Positions 17,051 to 26,009 of a stretch of 54,602 nucleotides of DNA are shown piece after piece; position 1 is the first letter of the stretch; every line of letters starts with the position of its first letter. This DNA comes from Candidatus Woesearchaeota archaeon (lineage in GTDB: Archaea; Nanobdellota; Nanobdellia; Woesearchaeales; UBA11576), in the NCBI GenBank assembly GCA_013203345.1, contig JABMQF010000011.1, positions 1 through 54,602 on the forward strand, read 5' to 3'. The position numbers and the translations under genes were made by a program. The notes under the pieces were generated by a model. That model worked only from the letters and a program-made list of their open reading frames with translations. It was not told the DNA's origin and did no database searches.

Positions 17051-17866
17051 ATGGGATTAGAAAGATTCGTCGAAATATCAACAGGCATTCAGATGAATGT
17101 CGAAGAATTAGTCGAAAAAGCAGCAGGCAAAATCACGCTGCCAGAAGATCCTTCCAAGGAGTATCTTGAGAAGTTCAGGAATCTGGCAGGAGGGACCATA
17201 GAAGGGCCGATATTCTTTCTCGATGAGACATCAAGGTTAAATGCCTTTGATGAAAGATTAAGCACAGCAGAATACGTGCCATCCGAATGGGAAGAAAACT
17301 GCATAGAAAGGACTAGTGTTTCGGGAGACATTTCACAATTTTTCAACAGACGAAGTTTCAATAAGGCCAAGACCCAGAAAAGCGAAGAGGTCGCGCAATG
17401 CATTACTGCTCTCGAAGATGCTTTCGGCCAGGTGTTTGACAGGGATTACACCCCCGGAGACATAGTACTGTTCAAGAGAATACACTCAGGAATAAAAACA
17501 ATTGACATAGGCGTATATATTTCTGAAGCAACCAACACCCAAGACAGAAGCGACCTCAAGTATGTTCGTGTAGATGCCCTCAAACAGATAGAAATCAAAG
17601 CAGAAGATATACTCTGCAAAGCAGAAAAGACATTACATCCCCCATCAGACGGTGACATTGCTGTGGTGTATCATGCAGGCAATATTGAAATCTGCGGGTA
17701 CGCAAGCATACCTAAATCAGGATCAAACCCCTATGTACTGTCCATTGACGCTGCAGCATCACTCCCCCTATACACACGCGAACAAATAAAAGATAGGGAC
17801 GTATATCTGCTGAAGGCATGTGTGATAAATGACATAGTAACGCCCAAGAAAGGACCTTACAGGTAA
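17051..17866 (+). CDS. hypothetical protein (271 aa)
   Basis: I set the start at the first ATG (MGLERFVEI); the track ORF begins at TTG 17000 and overlaps the upstream gene. It has two PGDIVLF / DGDIAVVY SH3-like strands. Confidence 0.6.
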   Translation: MGLERFVEISTGIQMNVEELVEKAAGKITLPEDPSKEYLEKFRNLAGGTIEGPIFFLDETSRLNAFDERLSTAEYVPSEWEENCIERTSVSGDISQFFNRRSFNKAKTQKSEEVAQCITALEDAFGQVFDRDYTPGDIVLFKRIHSGIKTIDIGVYISEATNTQDRSDLKYVRVDALKQIEIKAEDILCKAEKTLHPPSDGDIAVVYHAGNIEICGYASIPKSGSNPYVLSIDAAASLPLYTREQIKDRDVYLLKACVINDIVTPKKGPYR

Positions 17867-18028
17867 TCTGTAAACACTCCACAGGAATCACCCACTAAAA
17901 CATATTTAAATCCGCAATGAATAACCGCATTGTCCTGCGTAAAGAAACTCCAATGATAAGCATGATCGGGATGTGAGGGCACAGGATATAAAGAAGGGGT
18001 CTGAAAGGCCCTATTCATACTCGCCAAA

Positions 18029-18379
18029 ATGACATTTGAACCAAGAGCAAAACTCACTGAAATTCTCTCAGACTATGAGCATCCACAGTCACAGTTATAT
18101 CCAAGCACATTCAATATAATGTGCCAGGATAAATGTCAAGAATTAATAGATATTCTGAACAATGTTCCAACACCCCGCAAAGGTGCAAAAAGACCACAAT
18201 CTCCAGTCTTTGGAAGAACAGGTTGTAGATCATTAGCAAACTACAAAAAAGCAATGAATGAATATTTATCAAGATGGGGCTTCAAGTTCAACAATCCACA
18301 CATATACAGCACACCACCCGCTATTTTTGAATCTGTCGCCAACTACCTTGAACAGCATTCAGAAATAAAGAAATCATAA
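18029..18379 (+). CDS. hypothetical protein (116 aa)
   Basis: ATG-initiated ORF with ordinary composition. Confidence 0.5.
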   Translation: MTFEPRAKLTEILSDYEHPQSQLYPSTFNIMCQDKCQELIDILNNVPTPRKGAKRPQSPVFGRTGCRSLANYKKAMNEYLSRWGFKFNNPHIYSTPPAIFESVANYLEQHSEIKKS

Positions 18380-18739
18380 AAATCCGCAGAAATTGCCCTA
18401 CTCCACCCTAAAGGGAAGAGTTTGACCGGGTAATTTATTTTGAAAGCGAATTTTTAGGATGCCAAAAATTTTGTGAAATTTTTGCGCATAATCATATTCT
18501 TCGCAGAACCTACATCTAATCAGTCTCACCAACCAACAGACAAACCAATCCAGAGCTGTTTCCGCTAGATATAAACAAAGAAAACACCATAGTAGACAAT
18601 ATAACATCACAAGATAATACAGCCCAACCAGCACCATCGTAACAAGTCAGATCAATGCTGTAGACAATAAAGTAAGAACAAAATCAAACATTCTGAGTTT
18701 AATTTTCCAACTATCCCCATAGTTAGTATTCATATTAAA

Positions 18740-18989
18740 GAAAATGAATCTGCTTACGCACAGAGGCACCATGCGCAAGCAGTCCAAATCAACCCCCCAA
18801 AAAGATTATTATGTGAAAACCCAATGAAAATGATCCCTGCACACGAGGCGTCATGCGCAAGGTCGTCAAACCCCCAAAAAAGATTATTATGTGAAAACCC
18901 AATGAAAATGATTGCCTGCGCACGAGGCGTCATACGCAAGCAAACCAAAACCCCCCAAAAGATTATAATTGTGGAAACCCAGTTGAGTG
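18740..18989. repeat. tandem repeat, about 78-79 nt unit x about 3.1
   Basis: GATTATTATGTGAAAACCCAATGAAAATGAT starts at 18804 and 18882, with a degenerate copy at 18961. Each unit also carries CTGC.CACGAGGCGTCAT.CGCAAG and a C-run + A-run. Confidence 0.85.
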
Positions 18990-19327
18990 TTTTAGTTAAC
19001 TTCTCATTTAACCTAACAGAACTAGGTAGGTGTAACTTATATATAAAGATTCCGTTTTTTCCCCTATTTCCTAAATTGCCGTTACTCGATATAAACCATT
19101 AGAGCCCTTATAACACCAATTTAACTAAAAAAAATACAACAAAAAACATATTGCCATTTATAAACTGAAACGAGTTCGAGTATACGAATTTCGATACTAT
19201 TTCCGTTCTTGCTGATAAAGAATCAAGAAAAAAACCTCTACCAAGTAATTAGAAATTACTGTAAATCATCAATAATTAACAGAATAGAACCTTATGCAGA
19301 TCACTAATTATCAAACATTCAACTCAA

Positions 19328-19924
19328 TTACCTTGAACTGTCTGACTGTCTTTCAAGCTCTAATTTCTTAGATATTGCACCCGATAGACCTGATTTCTGA
19401 TATGCATTAATTATCTCATCAGTAAGACACGCAACCATGCTCTTTCTTGAATTAAACGCCTTTTGATAAGAATTCTGGACCATGTTTTTGACTGCCTGAT
19501 CAATCCTTCTCTGCGGAGCGACCTCAACAGCTTTAGGGTATTTAGCCCCACCATATTCAATTGTAACGATTTCTTCCCTTGGAGCTGCGTTCTCTACAGC
19601 TTTTACAAGCACACTTATAGGATTCTCATTAGTCTTTTGCTCCATAAGCGCCAAAGTCTTCTCCATAATACCATAAGCAGTAAGACCCTTTCCTGTAATA
19701 TGATAAGAGGATATCTCGTGCTTCTTAGCCCTATGGCCAGAATTCATAATCCTGTTTATAAAGCGTTCTACTATGAATACATTTGATTTGTGGAATCTGA
19801 ATTTTGCACTCTTACCGCCAGTCATAGGAACTATCCTTGGTTCAAGATTTATATAACCCTTAAGACCAAGATCTTGTACTATTATTCCCTCGACACTCCA
19901 ACGGTTGAATACAAGTATTGCCAT
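19328..19924 (-). CDS. rps7: 30S ribosomal protein S7 (uS7)
   Basis: Archaeal uS7 pattern: FNRWS..V.V.D.GL..YI.L, IVERFINRIM, NPISVLVKAVENAAPREE, and a C-terminal KKLELERQ. ATG 19924 lies just after the S12 stop; the alternative GTG 19930 overlaps it. Confidence 0.93.
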   Translation of the reverse strand: MAILVFNRWSVEGIIVQDLGLKGYINLEPRIVPMTGGKSAKFRFHKSNVFIVERFINRIMNSGHRAKKHEISSYHITGKGLTAYGIMEKTLALMEQKTNENPISVLVKAVENAAPREEIVTIEYGGAKYPKAVEVAPQRRIDQAVKNMVQNSYQKAFNSRKSMVACLTDEIINAYQKSGLSGAISKKLELERQSDSSR

Positions 19925-19926
19925 AT

Positions 19927-20364
19927 TCACTTCCTCGCTTTTTCCAACTTGCCTCTAAGAAGCGCGTTGAGGGACTGGTCATTGACTTTTACGACTTGCC
20001 ATCTGACACCAGGCATATCGCCTTTTGATCTTCCCATATTACCGCCAATACATTCAATAACAACCTCATCGTGTTCATCGACAAGCTTTGTTGCACCATC
20101 ACCTGGCAAGAATGCTGTTATCTGCTTTCCATTTTTGATGAGCTGCACTCTTGCGCACTTCCTCATAGCAGAATTTGGCTGTTTTGCTTCAAGCTGTACT
20201 TTCTCTAAAATTATTCCTTTAGCCTGACTAGCGCCGACAAGCGGGTCTGATTTCTTCTTAAGGTTCAAAGCCCTCTTAACAAACCATTTATCACTCCATC
20301 TGCTTTGTTTACGTCTCTTGGAGCATTTGACTCCAGCCCTAAGCCCATTTGACTTTTTACCCAT
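19927..20364 (-). CDS. rps12: 30S ribosomal protein S12 (uS12)
   Basis: Motifs [30 protein letters not shown] and [27 protein letters not shown] (plus 20383-20391) lies about 20 nt upstream, so the transcript is probably near-leaderless. Confidence 0.95.
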   Translation of the reverse strand: MGKKSNGLRAGVKCSKRRKQSRWSDKWFVKRALNLKKKSDPLVGASQAKGIILEKVQLEAKQPNSAMRKCARVQLIKNGKQITAFLPGDGATKLVDEHDEVVIECIGGNMGRSKGDMPGVRWQVVKVNDQSLNALLRGKLEKARK

Positions 20365-20525
20365 GACGCTGAGGAAAAATCGAGTCTATATAAAGATTGT
20401 GGTGAGTTTTAAACAAAAATAAAAAAGTCAAGAACAACCTAATAAATCCAACAGTTGAATCATTTCTTTACAGATGCAATAAATAAAATAACTAATACCA
20501 TTCATAAGTAGTCATTCCAGCAATA

Positions 20526-20533
20526 TTTATATA
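20526..20533 (+). promoter_or_regulatory. TATA box TTTATATA for the 20555 gene
   Basis: It ends 22 nt upstream of ATG 20555 with no SD, consistent with a leaderless transcript. Confidence 0.45.
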
Positions 20534-20554
20534 CCTAATTAAAATAACAAGCAT

Positions 20555-20959
20555 ATGGCAAGGAGAAAATTAGAGGGAATTCTCACAGCATTAGTATTCA
20601 TTAGCGGGCTTACCATGGGCTATATACAAGGTAACACGCATAGAAGGGAACAACCATCACAACACACCCTAACAAATTGCTATGACAATTCTGCTGTAGC
20701 TGATTATTTCGAAGCTTATCATGAAAATGAGACAAAACTCATACAAAGACTTGCCAAGAGCAACACAGAACATATAGATTGCGAGATTGAATCACAAATC
20801 TGCATATCATACATGAAACAGTGCTTTAACATACTAGGAAGATCTCATAAAGCACTTGAACATTGTATTGCTGAAGACATGACTACATTAGATGAGCTTG
20901 ATCAAGGACTTTTTCAATACGAAATAGAAACATTCAGTCCAGTCTCTTTCAATAACTAA
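20555..20959 (+). CDS. hypothetical N-terminally anchored protein (134 aa)
   Basis: ATG-initiated ORF with one N-terminal TM (ILTALVFISGLTMGYI). Confidence 0.6.
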   Translation: MARRKLEGILTALVFISGLTMGYIQGNTHRREQPSQHTLTNCYDNSAVADYFEAYHENETKLIQRLAKSNTEHIDCEIESQICISYMKQCFNILGRSHKALEHCIAEDMTTLDELDQGLFQYEIETFSPVSFNN

Positions 20960-20960
20960 A

Positions 20961-21437
20961 TCACGCGAACATAGCCGCAATCCAAACACCTGTGAAGTGC
21001 GTGGCAAATATTACAACAACAGCTATACTCATGTGTTCTGCTATCGCATTCCATGCTTTTTTGTTCTGTTCTTTTGCCATCCTATAACTCAACACACTAA
21101 GTACTAAAAGCCCCCATACTATACTCACAAGCACAGCCACATCAAGCCTGAACATCAGTACTGGAACAAGGAATGTCAACGCAAACAAGAGCTTTGAGAA
21201 GAATGTCGCGAGTGTCGACTGCCAGATTTCTTTTGTTGTGTGCTTGTTCTCTGACTCTTCTGATATGTGTATTCCCAACGCATCAGAAAATGCGTCCGCA
21301 ATCGCTATGGTCAGTATGCCACCGACAACTGCGAGCTGTGAATGAGTTCCTGCGTTAAGACCAACCATAAGACCAAGTGTTGTTATTACTCCCGATGTTA
21401 GACCAAATGATATTCCAACTTTTGTTGAGTGTTCCAT
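20961..21437 (-). CDS. VIT1/CCC1-family membrane protein (predicted Fe/Mn transporter, short archaeal form)
   Basis: Motifs GLTSGVITTLGLMVGL, the AIADAFSDALGIHISEES loop and TM helices typical of the VIT family. Confidence 0.75.
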   Translation of the reverse strand: MEHSTKVGISFGLTSGVITTLGLMVGLNAGTHSQLAVVGGILTIAIADAFSDALGIHISEESENKHTTKEIWQSTLATFFSKLLFALTFLVPVLMFRLDVAVLVSIVWGLLVLSVLSYRMAKEQNKKAWNAIAEHMSIAVVVIFATHFTGVWIAAMFA

Positions 21438-21471
21438 ATTATATCATCCTTTTTTCTTGACATGCTTATGT

Positions 21472-21611
21472 CGGAAATGCGGGCGAAAACCGCGCACTTT
21501 AGTGCGCGGATGAGCATTTCCGAGCATCCTAAAAATCCGCCTGTCAAAGCAATCATTCCGATCAAACTCCGCACTTCAGTGCGGAGTGGAATGAGACCGC
21601 GGCGGATTTTT
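21472..21611. other. two tandem GC-rich stem-loop modules (structured RNA or palindromic insertion)
   Basis: Module 21472-21522: the stem CGGAAATGC/GCATTTCCG (9 bp) encloses the hairpin CCGCGCAC-TTTA-GTGCGCGG. Module 21531-21611: AAAAATCCGCC/GGCGGATTTTT (11 bp) encloses TCATTCC/GGAATGA (7 bp), which in turn encloses the hairpin CTCCGCAC-TTCA-GTGCGGAG. Confidence 0.8.
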
Positions 21612-22244
21612 ATGATTTTCTTTTTGGTACTCAAAATATGAATAAAAAATTGCCCAAAGTGACGAAACAATGACTGGCACGACCATGAGCAGTACAGAAT
21701 AGTTTGGAAATATAGCGCCTGTTGCCGCAATCACTCCCGATATCATAAATAATTTTGACCCAAGAACATGAGTCTTCTGCCAGACCGTATCGCTGCTAAG
21801 TGTCCAGGGTGTCCGAATTCCTACAAACCAGTTCATTTTGATATTTTTTATCAACAATCCAAGAAGAAAAAACAATGCTCCAATTCCTGGCGCTATCGCC
21901 TGCGACATGTTAAACCCAAGTCCTATGTTCCACATCACTATAAGCAGGTTGATGTATGAAATAAAACACATCAATGTAATGATTATGAAGTTGTATTCTC
22001 GTCTAAATTTCTCAAAATTCTTTTTGAGAGGATCTATCAAAGGTAGCACAAGAAAAAGTGCAAGCATACCAAGCGATACAAGAGGCAGCAATAAAAGTCC
22101 CCAGAACTTTGACATTGTCCCATTCGCCTGACCGTCTGCATTCCAATGAGTTGCTATAGTACCTGTTAATTGCGGATATGCCCATAAAGATATCATCGCC
22201 GTGATAAACAATATACATATAGATAATAATGTGGCTTTTTTCAT
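21576..22244 (-). CDS. SdpI/YhfL-family membrane protein (DUF1648 + SdpI-like)
   Basis: Motifs WAYPQLTGTIATHWNADGQANG (DUF1648-like) and NWFVGIRTPWTLSSDTVWQKTH (SdpI motif). The last 13 codons and the stop lie inside the structured module 21531-21611. Confidence 0.8.
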   Translation of the reverse strand: MKKATLLSICILFITAMISLWAYPQLTGTIATHWNADGQANGTMSKFWGLLLLPLVSLGMLALFLVLPLIDPLKKNFEKFRREYNFIIITLMCFISYINLLIVMWNIGLGFNMSQAIAPGIGALFFLLGLLIKNIKMNWFVGIRTPWTLSSDTVWQKTHVLGSKLFMISGVIAATGAIFPNYSVLLMVVPVIVSSLWAIFYSYFEYQKENHKNPPRSHSTPH

Positions 22245-22405
22245 TATACGTCAGGTATAAGTTTCTTGCCTACTGAGTCGAGCAAATCCTGTGCTGACTC
22301 ATCAATCTTGATATCTGGAGAAGAGCAGTAAGGACACCTGTTCGGTGATCGGTCCGTCTTTGGCTTGAATTTGTATCCACATGATAAGCATCTGTATCCA
22401 ACCAT
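22244..22405 (-). CDS. small zinc-ribbon protein (53 aa)
   Basis: I set the start at MVGYRCLSCGY..., with GAGGTG 7 nt upstream. It has CxxC...CPYC. Its stop overlaps the SdpI-like start (TAATG), implying co-transcription. Confidence 0.65.
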   Translation of the reverse strand: MVGYRCLSCGYKFKPKTDRSPNRCPYCSSPDIKIDESAQDLLDSVGKKLIPDV

Positions 22406-22479
22406 ATCTAACACCTCACAAAAACAAATATGTCTCATTTTATATAAATATTGCGAGATATTGCATCATTTTGTATTAT

Positions 22480-23148
22480 ATGAGTAATTATCTAAAAAAA
22501 AGTTTTATTACATTACCCCACATCATAAAATTCATGTCACAAAGAAACCACAATAAATACAAGAATCTTACAAAGAAATTACGAACCAAGTTCGGAACGC
22601 AGGCATTTATAGATACCGCCAAGGTTGTCCAGAATTGCGAGACAGGTATCAAAAAAACATACAATGCCAAATGTGACGGCGACAGAATTGCAGGCATAGA
22701 TAATGTTGTGAATTCATTTTTCAGATGCGCAAGTAATATTGTTAACAAAGAATTCTATTTTAATGATGATTTGGATTGGCTTTATGATAATTATGCATCA
22801 TTAATAGATGCAGGCATCAGCAAAAACGCTGGCAGTCTCACCCTTTCTTCAAGATTAGTTCAAAGAGACAGTAATAGTCAAATCTATTGGGAGCTCGACA
22901 TACGTTCTGAAGAAGATTCCATGAGCAGAGTGCTTGAGATGTATGCCACTGAAGCAAAAAGAGGTAATACAAATATAGATTATAACGCAGAGGTGTTCGG
23001 CGGCAATTACGCACGATGGAGAGGCATCAACCATAATGCTGTCATGTTTAACAAAGTCCTTGTAGACTTCCCTCTAGATGATGACAATAAAATAGAAAAA
23101 AAAGAAAAAAATAAAGATACTTATAGGGACGCGTCGCGTCTTATTTAG
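22480..23148 (+). CDS. hypothetical protein (222 aa)
   Basis: I chose ATG 22480 because TATATAAA (22441-22448) lies 32 nt upstream. The upstream part of the track ORF overlaps the divergent gene. ATG 22534 is an alternative start. Confidence 0.55.
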   Translation: MSNYLKKSFITLPHIIKFMSQRNHNKYKNLTKKLRTKFGTQAFIDTAKVVQNCETGIKKTYNAKCDGDRIAGIDNVVNSFFRCASNIVNKEFYFNDDLDWLYDNYASLIDAGISKNAGSLTLSSRLVQRDSNSQIYWELDIRSEEDSMSRVLEMYATEAKRGNTNIDYNAEVFGGNYARWRGINHNAVMFNKVLVDFPLDDDNKIEKKEKNKDTYRDASRLI

Positions 23149-23719
23149 CCAGTCGTTTGTTAGCTCTCTGGCTTGGCCGTATCTTCTCTGCACCTTCACC
23201 TTTACTGCGCATTCCACGTCCTTTCTTTCCTGCCGAGGTTAATCCTCTAAAGACTCTTCCCCTGTTATCAGATTTGCCGACAAATTTGAGCTGCTTATCA
23301 GATAATATCTGAGGATGATCTTTGTCGAGCAGTATGATTTCATACCAGTAGTTCTTTCCATCCTGAGATACCCAATAAGAATTCAAAACTTCACAGTTTG
23401 TGTATTTTTTTTGCGCTCTCTGTTCTGCGACCAACTGATAGTTGATGTTGACTATCTTGAGCCTTCTCATTGCCCTGCTTCGTCTGCCTGATTTGAACTG
23501 CTCACGCATCCTTCCGCCTCTTGACACACGCTGCCTGACCATTATGATACCAGGCTTTGCTTTGTACCCAAGTGATCTTGCTCTGTCAGGTCTTGTAGGT
23601 CGTTCTATCCTGACTGTGACTGGCTCTCTTCGCCATTGTAGAAGTCTTTCACGCCATAGCTCAGGCATATTTTCTTGTGGTTTTTTCCAGAGCTGTCTTA
23701 CATATTTGAGATATCCCAT
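23141..23719 (-). CDS. rpl15e: 50S ribosomal protein L15e (eL15)
   Basis: Motifs MGYLKYVRQLWKKPQ...WRREPV..RIERPTRPDRARSLGYKAKPG. SD GGAGGCC lies upstream. Confidence 0.93.
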   Translation of the reverse strand: MGYLKYVRQLWKKPQENMPELWRERLLQWRREPVTVRIERPTRPDRARSLGYKAKPGIIMVRQRVSRGGRMREQFKSGRRSRAMRRLKIVNINYQLVAEQRAQKKYTNCEVLNSYWVSQDGKNYWYEIILLDKDHPQILSDKQLKFVGKSDNRGRVFRGLTSAGKKGRGMRSKGEGAEKIRPSQRANKRLAK

Positions 23720-23898
23720 TCTTAGGCCTCCGTTATTATTTGTTATTTAACAGCGTAAAAGCGCTGTATGTGCTAAATTCAGGCAAGCCATCGCCCACAT
23801 CTTTAGCTGATACAGTGGAGAAAAGCCACATTTATAAAGGTTTTGGAGTTTTCTGCAATGATAATTTTTTAAACCAATAGATTACCAGGCATTCTACC

Positions 23899-25293
23899 AT
23901 GGAAAAGAAAAACCTTGCTGTAATCGCCTCGCGTCTCAAGTGTGTGGACGCTATAAGCGTGGACGCAGAGAACTGGATCAATAAGTTCGTGAACAAAGGG
24001 TATAATGTTCACCTTATAGCTGGTAAGTTCGGTGAGCCTGTCAACCTGCCAATTTTCGAACTGCATGAGATGGATTATAAACATCCTGAAGTGCGGGGTG
24101 TGAAAAGCATAATGTTCAGCTCAAAGCTGGATAAGCAGGGGCGTAAAGCCGCAGATATTCTTATTGACCGTCTTGTGAAACGTATCAAAGGTCCTTTGAA
24201 AAATTATCTTGTAAAGAACAAGATAGAGGTTTTGTGTATCGAGGACGCTTTGGGTTCTTTGAAGAATGTGCCTTTAAACATTGCCTTGACACAGATAGTC
24301 TCTGAATTGGGTCTGCCCACAATCAGTCATTATCATTATCTTCATTGGATAAATCCTTACTTCGCAAAGTTCAACAACTTCCCAAAGATAACAAATAACC
24401 TACCACCAAAACTAAAGAACATAACGCACATAACAAACACAGAGAACGCGCGTCTTCGACTTCTTGCAGATAAACGAGTAAGTTCAAGCATCATCCCTAA
24501 CACAATTGACACTGACAAGCTAAGCACGATTGACGATTACAATAGTGATTTCAGGAAAGCGCTCGGCATAAACGATGATCAATTGATTTTTCTACAGCCA
24601 ACAAGGGTAAAGAGGAACAAGTATGTGGAAAGATCTATCAAGCTTGTCGCAGAGATTAATGACATAACCAAGAAGGATAATGTGCTTCTGATAACCGGTT
24701 CACCTATCTACTCCCGCGGTAATTATTTTGAAGAGATTGTAAGGAAGATGAATAAGCAGGGTGTGAAAATTATTTTTGCTAATGATCGAGTGTTTATGAG
24801 TAGGCATCAAAACTCTGAGCAGAAATTTTATTCAATTCACGATGCGTATCTTCATTCAGATGTTGTGATATATCCTACTGCAGGTGATGCATTCGGAAAT
24901 CCCATAATAGAGTCTGTTGCGTATAGAAAACCTCTTGTTGTAAACAACTTCTCTAACTTGAATGGTTTCCTCAACAAAGGTTTCAAGTTTGTTGTGATGG
25001 ACCAGAAAGTCGATGCAGAAGTTGTTTCTGACACGTATCAGTTGATAACCGATAATGACAAGAGACAGGATATTGTAGAACATAATTATAATCTGCTCAA
25101 AAAGCATTATTCTTCTGATGTTCTTGATGAGGCCTTGATGCCTATCCTAAAACAGATTGACGAGCAAAAAAGTCTTATGTCTCGTGTTGCTGGAATCATA
25201 ACGCCTTGGAACAGAAAAAGAAAAGATATTAAAGACCCTGATCTTAAGAACAAAAAAGGAGGATATAAGGAACCCAATGCGAAAAAAAAATGA
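23899..25293 (+). CDS. glycosyltransferase, GT-B fold (GT4-like) with Lys-rich C-terminal tail
   Basis: The C-terminal half has the GT4-type pattern (...YPTAGDAFGNPIIESVAYRKPLVVNN...). The N-terminal Rossmann-like half is less diagnostic. Confidence 0.75.
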   Translation: MEKKNLAVIASRLKCVDAISVDAENWINKFVNKGYNVHLIAGKFGEPVNLPIFELHEMDYKHPEVRGVKSIMFSSKLDKQGRKAADILIDRLVKRIKGPLKNYLVKNKIEVLCIEDALGSLKNVPLNIALTQIVSELGLPTISHYHYLHWINPYFAKFNNFPKITNNLPPKLKNITHITNTENARLRLLADKRVSSSIIPNTIDTDKLSTIDDYNSDFRKALGINDDQLIFLQPTRVKRNKYVERSIKLVAEINDITKKDNVLLITGSPIYSRGNYFEEIVRKMNKQGVKIIFANDRVFMSRHQNSEQKFYSIHDAYLHSDVVIYPTAGDAFGNPIIESVAYRKPLVVNNFSNLNGFLNKGFKFVVMDQKVDAEVVSDTYQLITDNDKRQDIVEHNYNLLKKHYSSDVLDEALMPILKQIDEQKSLMSRVAGIITPWNRKRKDIKDPDLKNKKGGYKEPNAKKK

Positions 25294-25999
25294 GCTTGAT
25301 GATCTCGGTCTGTCTGAGGATGACATTATCGAGTTTGATGAAAACGAGAAAGCACCGAAGACAGATGATATTGAATTAAACTTCATCTATTTATTTCCTA
25401 AAGCATGTCCTATCTGTGGTGGTGATGTTAAAGGTAATGATCATTTCCATTATTACTGCAGAAAGTGTAATATTCTTTTTGACAGAGACCATCTTTCCGA
25501 AGGTGGAACATGTATCCGTAAGACAAGTCTGACAAGTGATGAACGTAAAGAGCTTGAAAAGAAACGCAGTGAACTTTCTGAGAGGATGAATAATGTGTTT
25601 TCTGAAAAAATAATCAAGGAAGATCTACCTAAGACACCTACGCAAGAGGAACCAATTCAAAAACCAGATATTATAGAGCCTACTACAATGCCTTCTGCTA
25701 ACGATCTCACCAAGCACTTGATGCCAGAGCCTACAGTGGAAGAAGACCTGCCTGATGCGCACGAAGAAATTGAAGAAGTTATTGAAGAATCTCCTGAGCC
25801 TGTGAAAACAGACTATGCTCTTGAAAATGAAAACCGAATTATCGCTTCTTCACAATCAACAAAAATGCATTCTGGAGCTTGCCATTTCGTGAAAAAGATT
25901 CATCCTGAGAATCGCATATATCTCGGTTCAATCAAGGATGGTGAGTCTGAGGGTTATGAGATGTGTGTCTGCTTGAGGCGGCTCAAGGCGAAGAAGTAG
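25277..25999 (+). CDS. zinc-ribbon protein with C-terminal Ada-type-like Zn-binding motif
   Basis: Motif CPICGG...YYCRKC near the N-terminus. The C-terminus, HSGACHFVKKIHPENRIYLGSIKDGESEGYEMCVC, resembles the H..C.....I...N...F.s..eA...GY.pC motif. It overlaps the upstream gene by 17 nt. Confidence 0.65.
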   Translation: MRKKNELDDLGLSEDDIIEFDENEKAPKTDDIELNFIYLFPKACPICGGDVKGNDHFHYYCRKCNILFDRDHLSEGGTCIRKTSLTSDERKELEKKRSELSERMNNVFSEKIIKEDLPKTPTQEEPIQKPDIIEPTTMPSANDLTKHLMPEPTVEEDLPDAHEEIEEVIEESPEPVKTDYALENENRIIASSQSTKMHSGACHFVKKIHPENRIYLGSIKDGESEGYEMCVCLRRLKAKK

Positions 26000-26009
26000 A
26001 TTGACCTAT

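Noticed and set aside
18398-18637. 79-aa minus-strand Cys/Leu-rich ORF
   Set aside because: It has no SD or TATA at a suitable distance, and its skewed composition follows from AT-rich sequence. I did not report it as a feature, although a small membrane protein cannot be excluded.
18740-18989. Possible CRISPR array (regular repeats in a non-coding region)
   Set aside because: The whole 78-nt unit repeats, including the would-be spacers, and only about 10-14 nt vary per unit. There are only about three units. No cas genes are present in the window.
19463-20227. 107-aa and 145-aa plus-strand ORFs
   Set aside because: They are antisense to the unambiguous uS7 and uS12 genes.
21472-21611. Known metal (yybP-ykoY type) or other riboswitch upstream of the VIT1-family gene
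   Set aside because: I could not recognise any conserved riboswitch core. The region consists of two near-duplicate palindromic modules and overlaps the upstream gene's end, which fits an inserted palindromic element or terminator better. I kept it as an open finding rather than calling it a riboswitch.
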